From positions 1-64,000 of the forward strand of contig NW_013657615.1 of NCBI RefSeq assembly GCF_000142905.1: DNA of 64,000 nucleotides, read 5' to 3'. The number at the start of each line of letters is the position of its first letter. Positions within the stretch are counted from its first letter, which is position 1. Source of the DNA: Thecamonas trahens ATCC 50062 (taxonomy: Eukaryota; Protista; Apusomonadida). Of the stretch, positions 12,841 to 24,139 are shown one piece after another. The notes beneath the pieces were generated by a model, which was not told the origin of the DNA, ran no database searches, and worked only from the letters and a program-made list of their open reading frames with translations. Made by a program: the position numbers and the translations under genes.

Positions 12841-13946
12841 TCAAGCGGCGAGGCCGCCAAGGTTGAGGACCACGAGCGACGACGATGGCGCGCCGTGGCT
12901 ACAGGCCCACTCGCCGATGCTGGCGGCGACGTCGTTGGCCGAGCTCATGGCGCCGATGAGGGTCTGAAGCTCGCGGGCAACCGACGGAGTGCTGAGCACG
13001 GCGTCGAGCTGCGGTGAGACCATGAGCAGCCAGAGCATGTCGGGCTCGACGCGGAGCGAGACAACATCGGGCTTTGCGTGGACGAGTTTGCCGGCGACGC
13101 CAGCGTCGCCAAACGAGCGGGTCACTTCGAGCACGCCTTGGACCTTGTCAGCGACGATGACGCCACCCGAGGATATGACTCGCTCACGCTCGGCGCCATT
13201 GCTCACAACGTGCGGTGTCGAGACCCGGGTCATACGCAGGCTGCCGGACGAGCGGCGAGCAAAGTAGTGCACGCCGGTCCCCCGACCCACGCCACATGAA
13301 CATGGACCATCAGCGCGGCGTCGGCAAAGTTGGCCAGCGAGTCGCCCATGCGTGACGAGCCGAGCACAACCGAGGTGGTGAACTCAGGCACGTGGACCGA
13401 GGCGTCCCACTCGTCATCGTCGTCGCCGTTGACGCCTGAAATGACAAAGGTCTCCTCAGCTTCGATGACCGCCCACGCCGCCGACGCGCCCTCGTACGCC
13501 AGCGAGTGGTCGGCCTGCATGGCGTTGTCGACCTCGGTCGCCGCCGTCACCGCCCAATACTCGGGCGTCCCGCAAGGCTCCGCTGCTGTTGTCGCAGCCA
13601 CCGCTGCCGGCAGCAGCTCCAGCACGGCCGCCGCCGCTCCCGGGCCGCCGTGCCCGCACACCACGCCCACCATTGCCAAGCACCGCAGCGCCTCATCGCT
13701 ATCGCTCGCCGCTGCCGCGCTCGAGCCACCGCCGCCACCGCCACCACCGTCACTTGCCGCCGCCAGTGGCAGCACTACCAGCGGCCGGTCATACTCGGCG
13801 TCCTCAGCCGCAAACCACGCAACGTCGCCGCTGCCCACCGCTGCAGGCTCGCGTGTCGGCTGCGGCCGCCGCGGCACCGCGGGCGTCCGCGTCGATGCCC
13901 GCGGCGGGTCCGACGCGTTGCGCTTGGACGAGCCACACAACACCAT
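12841..13946 (-). CDS. PP2C (PPM)-fold protein, probable pseudophosphatase; frameshift at 13279-13283
   Basis: GVVCGHGG, EGASAAWAVI, HVAWVG, ERERVISSGG, GVLEVTRSFGD and AKPDV follow the PP2C motif order across two ORFs. Confidence 0.75.
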
Positions 13947-14529
13947 GGAGCCTTGAGAAAGCGTTCTTGCTTATGAAGGGACGGTGGAGTGGGGTGAGGG
14001 GGCCGTGCGGTGGGGGGGGGGGGGGCGGGAGACGTGCGGGGAATGGAAGGGGTGCGAACCGACCTGGCCGCAGTGTTCGGTGCCAGTTGTGCGAGCAATG
14101 ATTACCGGGGAGGGGCAGCGAGCGATGCGGCTCGGCGTGCAAGGCGCAGCCTGCAGGCAGAACCAAGAGCGAGGTAGAGCAACGCATTGTAGCGGCGATT
14201 GATAGTGAGAAGTGATGCATCGGGCATGAGTAAGTGAGCTCGGGGAGAGCTGGCGGACGGCGAGGGTGGGCGGGGGGGAATGAAAAGGGGTGGCCAGGCT
14301 CAAGAGTCTGACAACAATATGGAGAGCTCCGGGCTCAATGGGGCCCATGGATGACGTTGGACGGCAGGGCAGCCTGCCCGCACTTTGGCTTGCGGCTACG
14401 GCTGGGGCTGGGCTTTGACCCCGACTATGACTTGGCCATGGGCAGAACGCCAGACCGTGACGGTGGAAAGATTTCGCGCCTGACACCACACAAGCTGTGC
14501 CGTGACATAGTCAGTACGAGCGTTTCGAA

Positions 14530-14690
14530 CTGAAATCATTAAAACGTGGTCAAGTAGGATTTTGTGTGTAAAAAATATAATAATATAGCACATAATGTGT
14601 GGCTGTGATAAAATGCAAATTCTGTATAAATTTTATATATATTTGAATAAATTTGAGCATTTATATAAGTATATAGTCGATATTTTGTCG
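14530..14690. other. AT-rich island
   Basis: About 160 bp of mostly A/T (e.g. tataaattttatatatatttgaataaatttg) in GC-rich surroundings. Confidence 0.8.
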
Positions 14691-14824
14691 GTTTGAGGGA
14701 TGTCAAAGTTTGGGGTGTCTTTCAAAGTCCCCCTCACCTCTACCATCCCAACCTCCTCCAGAGCCAAGCTCGAGTTTAAGGACCATCATGCCAATAAGCT
14801 CACGCCCAACCTCAACCTCTACGC

Positions 14825-16093
14825 CTACTCCTTTTCCTGATCGCCCACAAGGCCGCCGCAGGCCTCTGCAAGGAACGCACGGCACTCGTCGCGGACGTCG
14901 GCATCGTGGCCGACGGCCGCCCAAGCTTGAGCCAGTGCCGCACTTGTGATCCATCCGCGCCCGGCGTCCACAAGCGCGGCAACTGTGTCCGGTCCCTGCT
15001 GCGAGAGCGCGGCTGCTATCAGAAGCTCCACCGCGAGGGCAGGCTGCAGTGCAGTGCTGGCTACAGCGCGGAGTTCGCGCACAACGACTGGGACCAGGGC
15101 GGCGGCCGACCATTCGACGACAAGAGAGAGGGCACCCAGGAGCGCGCCAGGCGAAGGCGCCAACGCCAGCCAAAGACGCAGCGCATCGACCGAGCCGTGG
15201 CGACAAGCGCCAACAAGAAGCTCGTCCAGGACGCCCGGCGCTTGCGCAGCGACTTCGGCCTCGAAGCGAGCGATAAGGCTGCGCGCAAGCTCACTACGCC
15301 CGCCGTCGCTCGCCCGTGGCAAGCCGCTGTATGCCGCAAGAACGTCGGCAACTCGCGCTTGTCCGTCATCACGGTTGATGACCGTACTACCCGCCGCAAA
15401 GGCGCCGACCGAGAGCAGAAACGCGCCGGTGGCGCGCGACGGTGCCATCTGCGGCTGCGCGGCAAGAATAGGCTCGGCAATCGCCACAGCGTGCGCTCCG
15501 CGCACGCTCTGTACCGTCCTTGCAAACGCTTCCGGCGACAGCTCGAGACCGCCGTCACCGACCGCAGCAATCACAGCGGTGGTGCGATCAGCTCGCAGCC
15601 ACCGGCGGAGGCATCGGTCGAGCTCGTGCCCGCCGCCGCCGCCGGCTGCCACGTAACGCTTCAGCAGGGCGCGCAGCGCAGCCTGCCCCTCGTCTGCAGC
15701 TCCCGCACCAGCCTCAACATGCGCCGCGAGCACATCGAGTGCGGCGCGCATCTCACGGCTCGCCGGCGACTCCAGCACACATCCGCCGCTGCCTCGGTCC
15801 ACACCCGCCGACCCCCCGCCCGGTCGCGGCGGGCCGGACCTCGGCCGCGCCGCCGCCGCCGCATCCCGCCTCGCATCGGCGGCGCACCAGCAGACGACCG
15901 CGTCAAAGGCCGCCGCACGCGCCACCCACATCAAGCCGCGCAGAGCCCGGCGACGTGCGGCGCCCCACGAGTCGTGGACCAGGACGTCCGCCAGCCGCGT
16001 GCAGGTGGCGGCGAGGGCGTCCACATCGCGCGCCCCGAGTACTCCGGCATCAAAGGCTATGGCATGGACAAGCTCAGCCGGAAGACGCTCCAT
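14825..16093 (-). CDS. F-box-like N-terminus plus degenerate ankyrin-like repeats
   Basis: MERLPAELVHAIAF...DVDALAATCTRL resembles an F-box; LVGACRHGSVDALRLWL is ankyrin-like. Confidence 0.6.
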   Translation of the reverse strand: MERLPAELVHAIAFDAGVLGARDVDALAATCTRLADVLVHDSWGAARRRALRGLMWVARAAAFDAVVCWCAADARRDAAAAARPRSGPPRPGGGSAGVDRGSGGCVLESPASREMRAALDVLAAHVEAGAGAADEGQAALRALLKRYVAAGGGGGHELDRCLRRWLRADRTTAVIAAVGDGGLELSPEAFARTVQSVRGAHAVAIAEPILAAQPQMAPSRATGAFLLSVGAFAAGSTVINRDDGQARVADVLAAYSGLPRASDGGRSELARSLIARFEAEVAAQAPGVLDELLVGACRHGSVDALRLWLALAPSPGALLGALSLVVEWSAAALVPVVVRELRAVASTALQPALAVELLIAAALSQQGPDTVAALVDAGRGWITSAALAQAWAAVGHDADVRDECRAFLAEACGGLVGDQEKE

Positions 16094-16168
16094 GCTGCCG
16101 CCTGCCCGGCCGTCCGAGCCCAAGTCGAGTCCCCCCGACACCCGTCCCCACCCAACACCCACCCCCCA

Positions 16169-16268
16169 NNNNNNNNNNNNNNNNNNNNNNNNNNNNNNNN
16201 NNNNNNNNNNNNNNNNNNNNNNNNNNNNNNNNNNNNNNNNNNNNNNNNNNNNNNNNNNNNNNNNNNNN
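16169..16268. other. Assembly gap (100 N)
   Basis: N run. Confidence 1.
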
Positions 16269-16321
16269 TCCCCCCCACTTTCCGCCACTGTCTCTCATTC
16301 TTCTCTCAAAAAACAACCGCA

Positions 16322-17667
16322 ATGCGCGTGAATTGCTCACAGCCCCGGACGGTCCTTGCCTTCCTCGCCCTCGCCGCCGCCGCCCTCGCCGCCGCCACCA
16401 CCGCCACCACCCACACCTGCTTGGCCTCACCCACCACCGCCATGCAGGACCTGTCTGTCGTGGGTACGCACGCCTCCCAACCCCCCAACCCCCTCCCCCC
16501 CTCCCCCCCCCAACCCCAACCCCCCGCCCACACCTGCCCATTCACCCCTCCGCCACCCCCGCAACCCCCCCCCCCGCCACAGACTACGGCAACTGCTACA
16601 CCATCGCCGCCTCGCGGGCCGAACTCAACGCTCTGCCCAACAGCCCGCAGCTCAATTGCGCGGCCAAGACCATGCCCACTCAGTCCAAGGCCGACTGGGA
16701 GGCATCGAAGCCGGCCGGCTCGGCCAAGCTCTGCCACTACAACGAGGTCGAGTGGGCACCGCGCGAGGCTGTCTTCCCGGCCTGCCCGCACCTCTCCGGC
16801 CAGGCCAACTGTCGCTTCCGTAAGGACGGTGACAAGATTGTCGACTACAACGACGTGGTGCAGGAGTGGATCTGCTCCATGGGGCACTCGCTCGCCATGT
16901 CCCCGTCGTCAAAGTGCTTCGCCTTTATCCGCAACGCCCTCTGTGCACGCTTCGACTCGTACGCCATGGAGAGCGGCTTTGCCTTCTTTGATCTGCAGCC
17001 GAGCGGCGGTATGGCCCATCTCGAGCGGCTCTCCATCTGCTCCGAAGGAGACGTCTGCCAGTTCCTCAACGACGAGTGCTCCTCCCGCGGCAACGACGTC
17101 GACAAGATCGCCCCGTTCGACATGTGCGGCAAGTCCCGTTGCCGTTCCGACATGAACTGCCGCAACTGGCTGTTTGCGCCTGACCACGCCTCGTGCGTCG
17201 AGACAAAGGCCCTCGACGAGGAGCCCGTCTACGCCTGCGTCGCCGTCAAGGACCCGTGCACGTCTGCAAACTGCCCGGGCGTCTGCGCTGCCATCACAGA
17301 GGCCGCCCCGCCGCCGTACGTCACCGGCTCAACTGGTGACTCGTCATCGTCGTCCGGCGCCGCCACCTCCTCGCCCCACCGTAGCCCGGCCCCGCACCAC
17401 TCCTCCCACACCTCGGGCGGCACCGTCTTCCTCATCATCCTCGCCGTCATCTTTGGCACCTTTTTCCTCTACTGTGCCGTCGGCATCGCCTACAACCGCT
17501 TTTCTCGCGGTGCCGTCGGCGTCGACCAGCTGCCCAACGCAAACCTCTGGACCGCCATCGCCGCCTCCCTCTCCGGCCTCGTCGCCCGTCTCCGCCCTGG
17601 CCGCTCGTCCTCGGCCGGCTTCTCCCAGCTCTCGCTCGATCCGCCCGAGTACGACTTTGACGCCTAA
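16322..17667 (+). CDS. Type I membrane protein, Cys-rich luminal domain with M6PR/ATG27-like TM and tail; intron 16464-16582
   Basis: Signal peptide; a phase-1 intron (gtacgc...cacag) joins SVV to DYGNC. TM followed by YNRFSRGAVGVDQLPNANLW matches the CD-MPR/ATG27 juxtamembrane motif. Confidence 0.8.
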
Positions 17668-17876
17668 TCGCGCACCAGCGCAGACCTTCCTGCCACCCCC
17701 TCCTCCCCCCCCTCTCACACACACCCCTACACACACCCAAACCCCAAACTCGAAATCCTCCCCCCCCCTGCCCCTCAGCCCACCACCCGCCGCCCGCCGC
17801 CCCGCCGGCCACCGGCCGGCCATCGAGCAGCCAGCGACAGAGACTTCCTCGCTCGCCACCACCCAACCCAATAACC

Positions 17877-17939
17877 ATGGCGAACGACGGCAAGATCGAG
17901 GAGATCAACTCCAACTCGGGCTCCGGCTCCGAGGAGATG
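17877..17939 (+). CDS. Probable first exon (MANDGKIEEINSNSGSGSEEM) of a gene continuing into the gap
   Basis: accATGg context, biased codons, gtacgt donor at 17940. Identity unresolved. Confidence 0.45.
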
Positions 17940-18148
17940 GTACGTACACCCTCTGCAACCTCCCACTGCCGCCAGCAGGCCAGCCCCGCCCCCTCTGGCC
18001 TCCTTTGCTGTCCCCTCCGGCTGGCACCATTATTTTGTGTGGGATGGCCGGCCGCATCCACGCCACCACGACCTTGTCCCCCCCACCCACGCCCGCCTCC
18101 CGCAGCCCCACCGCCGCCTCCCGCCCCTCCGTCCTTCCCGCACGCCCT

Positions 18149-18611
18149 NNNNNNNNNNNNNNNNNNNNNNNNNNNNNNNNNNNNNNNNNNNNNNNNNNNN
18201 NNNNNNNNNNNNNNNNNNNNNNNNNNNNNNNNNNNNNNNNNNNNNNNNNNNNNNNNNNNNNNNNNNNNNNNNNNNNNNNNNNNNNNNNNNNNNNNNNNNN
18301 NNNNNNNNNNNNNNNNNNNNNNNNNNNNNNNNNNNNNNNNNNNNNNNNNNNNNNNNNNNNNNNNNNNNNNNNNNNNNNNNNNNNNNNNNNNNNNNNNNNN
18401 NNNNNNNNNNNNNNNNNNNNNNNNNNNNNNNNNNNNNNNNNNNNNNNNNNNNNNNNNNNNNNNNNNNNNNNNNNNNNNNNNNNNNNNNNNNNNNNNNNNN
18501 NNNNNNNNNNNNNNNNNNNNNNNNNNNNNNNNNNNNNNNNNNNNNNNNNNNNNNNNNNNNNNNNNNNNNNNNNNNNNNNNNNNNNNNNNNNNNNNNNNNN
18601 NNNNNNNNNNN
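18149..18611. other. Assembly gap (N run)
   Basis: N run. Confidence 1.
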
Positions 18612-21600
18612 CGTCACTGCTGCCGGCCGCTGGCAACCCGCCGCCTGCCGCCCGCACACGCTCCGCCGCCCGCTCGCAGCTGCGCTCGCGCAGGGCGCCT
18701 GCTGGCTCGCGCAGAGCCGCCGCTGGCCCACGCCCGCACGTTCTACGCTCAGCTGCCGGCGAGCATGGCCCAGCCTACCCCGGCGGACACGACGCCCGCT
18801 CCGGCGCCCATGCGCCCGCCGCCGCCTACGCCGGCATCTCGCGCCCGCGCATGGCCTTCTCGCTGCCGGACGAGCTGCCGCGCGCATCCGCCGCCACTCC
18901 CTACGACCATCGAGGCGCGATCGCACGCCGCCTCCCGGCCGCCACGCCCTACGATGCCGGCGAGGATGCCGCTGGTGCTGCCACTGACGGCCCTGCTGGC
19001 GACCTCGCCTCGCCAGCGGCTTCAGTCCTCGCACCGCACTTTGCCGCCGCCGCCGCCGGCCACTCACTCGCCTCGCCGCTCAGCTACGGCCTCGCCTCGC
19101 TCGCCGCCGCCGCCGATGGCGACGACGAGTTGGACGACACAAGCGTAGACCTCAACACTTCGCACGAGCGCCTCAACGCCGCCCGAAGGCAGCCGGTCGC
19201 CACCTCGTCAGCATTTGGCTCCGCCCACTTTGTCACTCTCCCCACACAAATCGTGCCCGAGGCCAGGCGCCCGCCGGTCTTTGCCGCACCGCCCCCGTCC
19301 CCGACGACAACTCGGACATCACCCGCCTTGTTCTTGGCAAGCGCCGCCGCCGCGACGACGCCGACCGCGACGACGGCATCGTGGCCGAGCATCTCGAGCG
19401 TGCTAAGCGCGCGCGCCCGCTGCCCCTTCCAGCCGTCCTCGCCCAGACCTCACCCGACGACATGGTTATGGCCAAGAGCGACCTCCCGCAGGCCTCGCCG
19501 TCTAAGACCCGTAAGCGCCGCTTGGTCTCGATCACTGACGCCGACGATACCGCCGACGCCGCCGCCTCGGCCCGCTCCCAGGCCCCGGCGCTCTCTCGCC
19601 TCAACTCGCCGGTCAACAGACCCAAGCGTGCCAAGCCGCTCGACAGCAGCCCCGCCTCCAAGCGCTCGCGCAAGTCCAAGCGCTCGCGCAAGTCCAAGCG
19701 CAAGTCCAAGCGCTCGGCAAAGGCAAAGCGCTCCAAGCGCCGCAAGCGTAACAAGCGCCACTCGTCGTCGGCCAGCGCCGACTCGGCCATCTCGGCCCAC
19801 GACTCGTCGTCCGGCTCGTCGCTCGGCCCGCTCTCCATTGGCGTCCTGCGCTCACCGCCAAGCACCTTGTTTGCGCCCGGTCGTGACGCCGCCACCGCCG
19901 CCGATCCGACCTCGCACCCGAGCCAGGTCTCCTCCTTTCCTCCAGCCGCCATCCAGCGCCAGCCGAGCGGCCTGGTGGTTGACGTTGCGTCCACCACCCG
20001 TGACATGGGCCACGTTCACAAGCTCCCTTCGCAGCCGTCGAACGTGGTCGACGCCCTCTCTCCGCCGCAAAAGACCGGCCGCATCCGCTACCGCATCAAG
20101 TTCTCCACCACCCGCGGCAGCGGCCCGCCGAGCGAGCTCGCCAAGGGCCGCCGCGGCTCGGTCATCGACGTCCCTCGCGCAGACTCGGTTCTCGGTGATG
20201 ACGACGACGACCTTCACGAGACCATCCAGCACGTCCTCCGCCAAGCCGCGGCCCGTGCCGAGGAGGCCGAGAACCCAAAAGCGGGCCGCTCGCTCCTCAA
20301 GGATCCTATGACCTCCGATTTCAACTCGACAAAGTCTATGACGCTTGGCACCATGATCGAGCCCAAGTCGAGCGGCGACAGCGCAGCCGCCAAGGCCAAG
20401 GTCTCGTTCAAGCTCCCAGGCTCCAACGCCGCAAGCGATGCAGCCCCGCCTCAGACTGCCAAGGGCGGCTCGGTCCCGTCAAAGGGCTTCTCGTTTGGTG
20501 CGCCGAGCAAGACTGCCGCGCCCAAGGCCGACGCCGCAGTGGCCGGCGATGCCAAGCCGGCTGCCTCGGCCAGTGCCGGCGGCGCCAAGTTCTCGTTTGG
20601 CAAACCGGCGGCAACTGCAGCGGCCGACGATGCAAAGCCTGCTGCCTCTGCTGGCGGTGGCAAGTTCTCGTTCGGCGCGCCGAGCAAGACTCCTGCGCCC
20701 AAGGCCGACGCCACCAAGGCCGACGATGCAAAGCCTGCAGCCGCTGGCGGCGGCGGCGGCACAAAGTTCTCGTTTGGCAAGCCGGCAGCTCCCGCAGCGG
20801 CCGACGATGCAAAGCCTGCTGCCTCTGCTGGCGGTGGCAAGTTCTCGTTCGGCAAGCCGGCAGCGCCCGCAACAGCCGACAATGCCAAGCCAGCAGCCAA
20901 GGCCAGCGGCGGCGGGCTCAACAAGTTTGCCTTTGGCAAGGCCGATGGAGCCGCTCCTGCCAGCAGCAAGCCGTCTCAGTCGGCGCCTGCCCAGGCCGCC
21001 AAGGCCTCCCCGTTTGCGATTCCCTCGACGCCTGCTGGTGGCGCGAAGGGCAATCCGTTCGGCGCCGCCGGAGCGGCGCCAGCATCCAAGCCCGCAACGT
21101 CGACCAACCCGTTTGCCGGTGTCAACCCCAAGTTTACCGGCGCTGCCGGTGCAAAGCCGGCCTTTGGCGCCGGTGCAAAGCCGACCTTTGGCGCTGGTGC
21201 TGCCCCGCCGGCCGCCGGCAATCCGTTTGCCACAGGCGGCGGCGGAGCAGCCAAGCCAGCGTTCGGTGGCAGCAGTGCTGCCCCGCCGGCCGGTGGCAAT
21301 CCGTTTGCCGCAGGCGGCGGTGCATCCAAGCCGGTGTTCGGCGGCGGCGCAAAGCCAGCGTTTGGCGGCGGCGGTGCCCAGCCGACGTTTGGCGGCGGTG
21401 GTGCGCCCGCAGGCAGCAATCCGTTTGCCGCAGGCGGCGGGGCATCCAAGCCGGCGTTTGGCGGCGGCGGTGCCCAGCCGGCGTTTGGCGGCGGCGTAAA
21501 GCCGGCGTTTGGTGGCGGCGGTGCCCAGCCGGCGTTTGGCGGCGGCGCAAAGCCGGCGTTTGGTGGCGGCGGTGCGCCCGCAGGCGGCAATCCGTTCGCC

Positions 21601-21852
21601 GCAGGCGGCAATACGCCCGCGTTCGGTGGCGGCGGTGGCGGCGCAAGCGGGAACCGCTTCGGCGGCGCCGGCAACACGCCAGCCTTTGGCGGTGGCGCCG
21701 CTGCAAGCGGCAATCGCTTTGGTGGTGGCGGTGGCGGCGGCGGCAGCGGCGTCAGCTCCATCTTTGGAGGTGGCGGCGGTGGCGGCGGCAGGCAATCGCT
21801 CCGCGATCGTGAGGCCCAGCGGCGGGCTCGGGTCAAGAACTTCCGTAAGTAA
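18612..21852 (+). CDS. FG-repeat nucleoporin, Nup1/Nup153-like; 5' end uncertain; frameshift at ~19292-19302
   Basis: KFSFG, NPF and PAFGG repeats, a K/R-rich NLS-like tract and a basic C-terminus RRARVKNFRK typical of basket nucleoporins. One added C joins the two frames. Confidence 0.8.
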
Positions 21853-21895
21853 TTGCAGGCGCTGCATATTGTGTGTGGCGATCGTCTTTGCATCT

Positions 21896-22836
21896 TTAAC
21901 CGGCAACCTGACATCTCTCAGTGTGGGTCTTGGTACCGCTCGTCTGCACAGCGCTGGTCTGCACAGCGCTGGTCTGCACAGCCTCGGTCTGCGCGCCCGC
22001 AGCAACCTTGGGCTTGGGCTCGTACTTTGTGCCGAGCAGGATGTCAAAGGTCTCAAACTCAGAGTAGTTGACGATGTTGAACTGGTGGTGGTAGTGATGG
22101 TGCGACGAGTCAATGATGGCGTTAACGGGCCAAAGCCGGCGTGGTCAAGGGCGGCGCCAAAGCCGACGTAGGCAAACGAGGCCGCCAGCGTGAGCCAGTG
22201 CATACGGAAGATCATGGGGCCGATGACAAAGTTTCCCAGCAGCTCCATCAGCAGATACTCTACCAGCGTCTCCTTCCACGCCGCCGTCGCCACCAGATCG
22301 CGCGGCATGGTGTGATGCCGCTTGTGCAGGTGCTTGTACAGCTGCGGCGCGTGGAGCATGTAGTGGATGCCCGCATTGTACGCCTTTTGCACGCAGTACT
22401 GCACCACGCACACCACCACCTCGTAGCCCCACGAGACCTCGCTCATCGGCCGCATCAGCCCCGGATAGTCGATCCATCCGCTCACCATCAGGCCGTACAG
22501 CGCTACAGGGAGGACCACCACCAGGTCGCGGAGCGTGTACCCAAGGAACCGCACGTAGTCCGCACCCGTCCGATGCGTCGCCTCGCCAGGCCGATAAAGC
22601 CGATGATCCTTCCACACATCGGTCAAGTCCTTGTGTGCAAAGTACGCGCACGATACAAGATAGAACACCACAGCAGTCGCCGCCAGCCTGCTCGCCACCG
22701 CCGCGGCCTCGCCGTCGAACGGTCCACCTCCGCCGCCGACCACCACCGCCGCCGCAAGGCCGGCCACTCCGACCGCCTCGGCCACGGGAAACCACTCAAA
22801 CTTGCTAAACAGCTCCCCCGTCTTCGCCATCGTCAT
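21896..22836 (-). CDS. Fatty acid hydroxylase / sterol desaturase superfamily protein; frameshift at 22132-22134
   Basis: His boxes HYMLH and HKRHH. The third box HHHYHH followed by NYS and DILLGT appears only in the -1 frame (GFWPVNAIIDSSHHHYHHQFNIVNYSEFETFDILLGTKY), which stops at 21896. Confidence 0.88.
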
Positions 22837-23177
22837 CTTCTCCTAACTTTGCCGCGATGAGTCTGCTGCGATGAGTCTGCGCCGCTCAGTCGTGTCCGGC
22901 TGCCGCGCACGCCCGCTTTCATCCATTGCCGCTGCGTGGACAATCTCGCTCGCCCCTTGTCCTCGCCGCCACTCTCGGTCCCCTCCCATGCTCATCATAC
23001 ACGCTCCAGCGCCACGACAATCTGCAGCTACAACAGGTGCCTCCCGCTTCATATGCGAGTCCTGTCTGATTAGCTGCAAGTGCCCCGATCCTCGAGTTTG
23101 AGGTCCATCTCTCCAGTTTGACCGTCCTCGGCTCGCTCTCAAAGACAAACTCGTTCCGCTGGCCGAAGCCGGCCGGG

Positions 23178-23789
23178 TCAAGCCGACACGGCCTTACCTC
23201 GAGCGATCTTTGACAACGGCTCGCGCAAGAAGTTAAGAACTCTGATTCCTAGCAGGCATGTATAGTACATTACATACTGGTCTTGCTCCTGCTCTCGTGC
23301 GTCCATCGGAGGACAAGGCACATGGTACGAGGGCTCAAAGTCCTCCCAATCTTTTGACTCTACACCACAACCATACAACCGTACATATACACCATCAGCT
23401 ATTCCGGACAACATCACAAGCTACCTTGTCGTAGCATCAACTCTCGCAGCCACCGCATTATGGGTTGCGGACTGATATATTACATGCCGGCCCCTGCGTT
23501 CCCCCCATGTGGGTGATGACCTTGCGGACGATCTTTTTCTCTGATCAGAAAAAGTCGCGTTCTCTGCTTCTAGAGCTTCATCGAGCACAGCTTTGGCATC
23601 AGCGAGCACCGAAGCAAGCCATGCCGTTGCTCGGCGGGTGATCCAGCAGCGAGTCAGCGGCTGGTGTGGCCGCAAGCGTGTAGCAACTTCTGTTATGGTG
23701 CAGAGAGTCCAAAGACTGTCTTTAGGATATCTCTCACTGATTGCAGACTGCCACCCCCCCTCCATGCCCATCGCCAGCCATAGTCGCAA
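23178..23789 (-). pseudogene. Possible degenerate gene fragment
   Basis: Two ORFs in the same frame separated by a single TAG at 23421-23423; lower GC than neighbours; no recognised domain. Confidence 0.25.
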
Positions 23790-24139
23790 TCATTGTACAC
23801 CCTCTCCCCTCTCGCCCCCTCCTCCCCTCTCCTCTTCCCCCAACCCCCCCCAACCCCCACTCATTTCATCCTCTGATCATCTGTATGATCGGTGATCGGT
23901 GATCCTGACCTGTGCCATCAGCCCCCCCTCCCCCCCCCCCCCCCCCAACCCCTGACTCGTCGCGGATCATCCCCGCTCGCCCGGCAAGTCACTCAAGTCG
24001 GCCACCACTCTGAGCCAACCGAGGACAAAGAGGGCACGAGGCGACGGAGCGACGGTGAGGGTAACACTCCACCGGTCACACCCGACTCAGCACTCCCCCC
24101 CCCCCCCCCTCTCCTACCCCCCCTCCCCCCTTCATCAGC

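Noticed and set aside
17877-17939. Assignment of the exon to NAC-alpha or to the nucleoporin
   Set aside because: Only 21 codons precede a gap; identity cannot be supported.
20479-21895. 785-aa extension of the desaturase ORF overlapping the nucleoporin
   Set aside because: Artefact of the frameshift; the correct frame stops at 21896.
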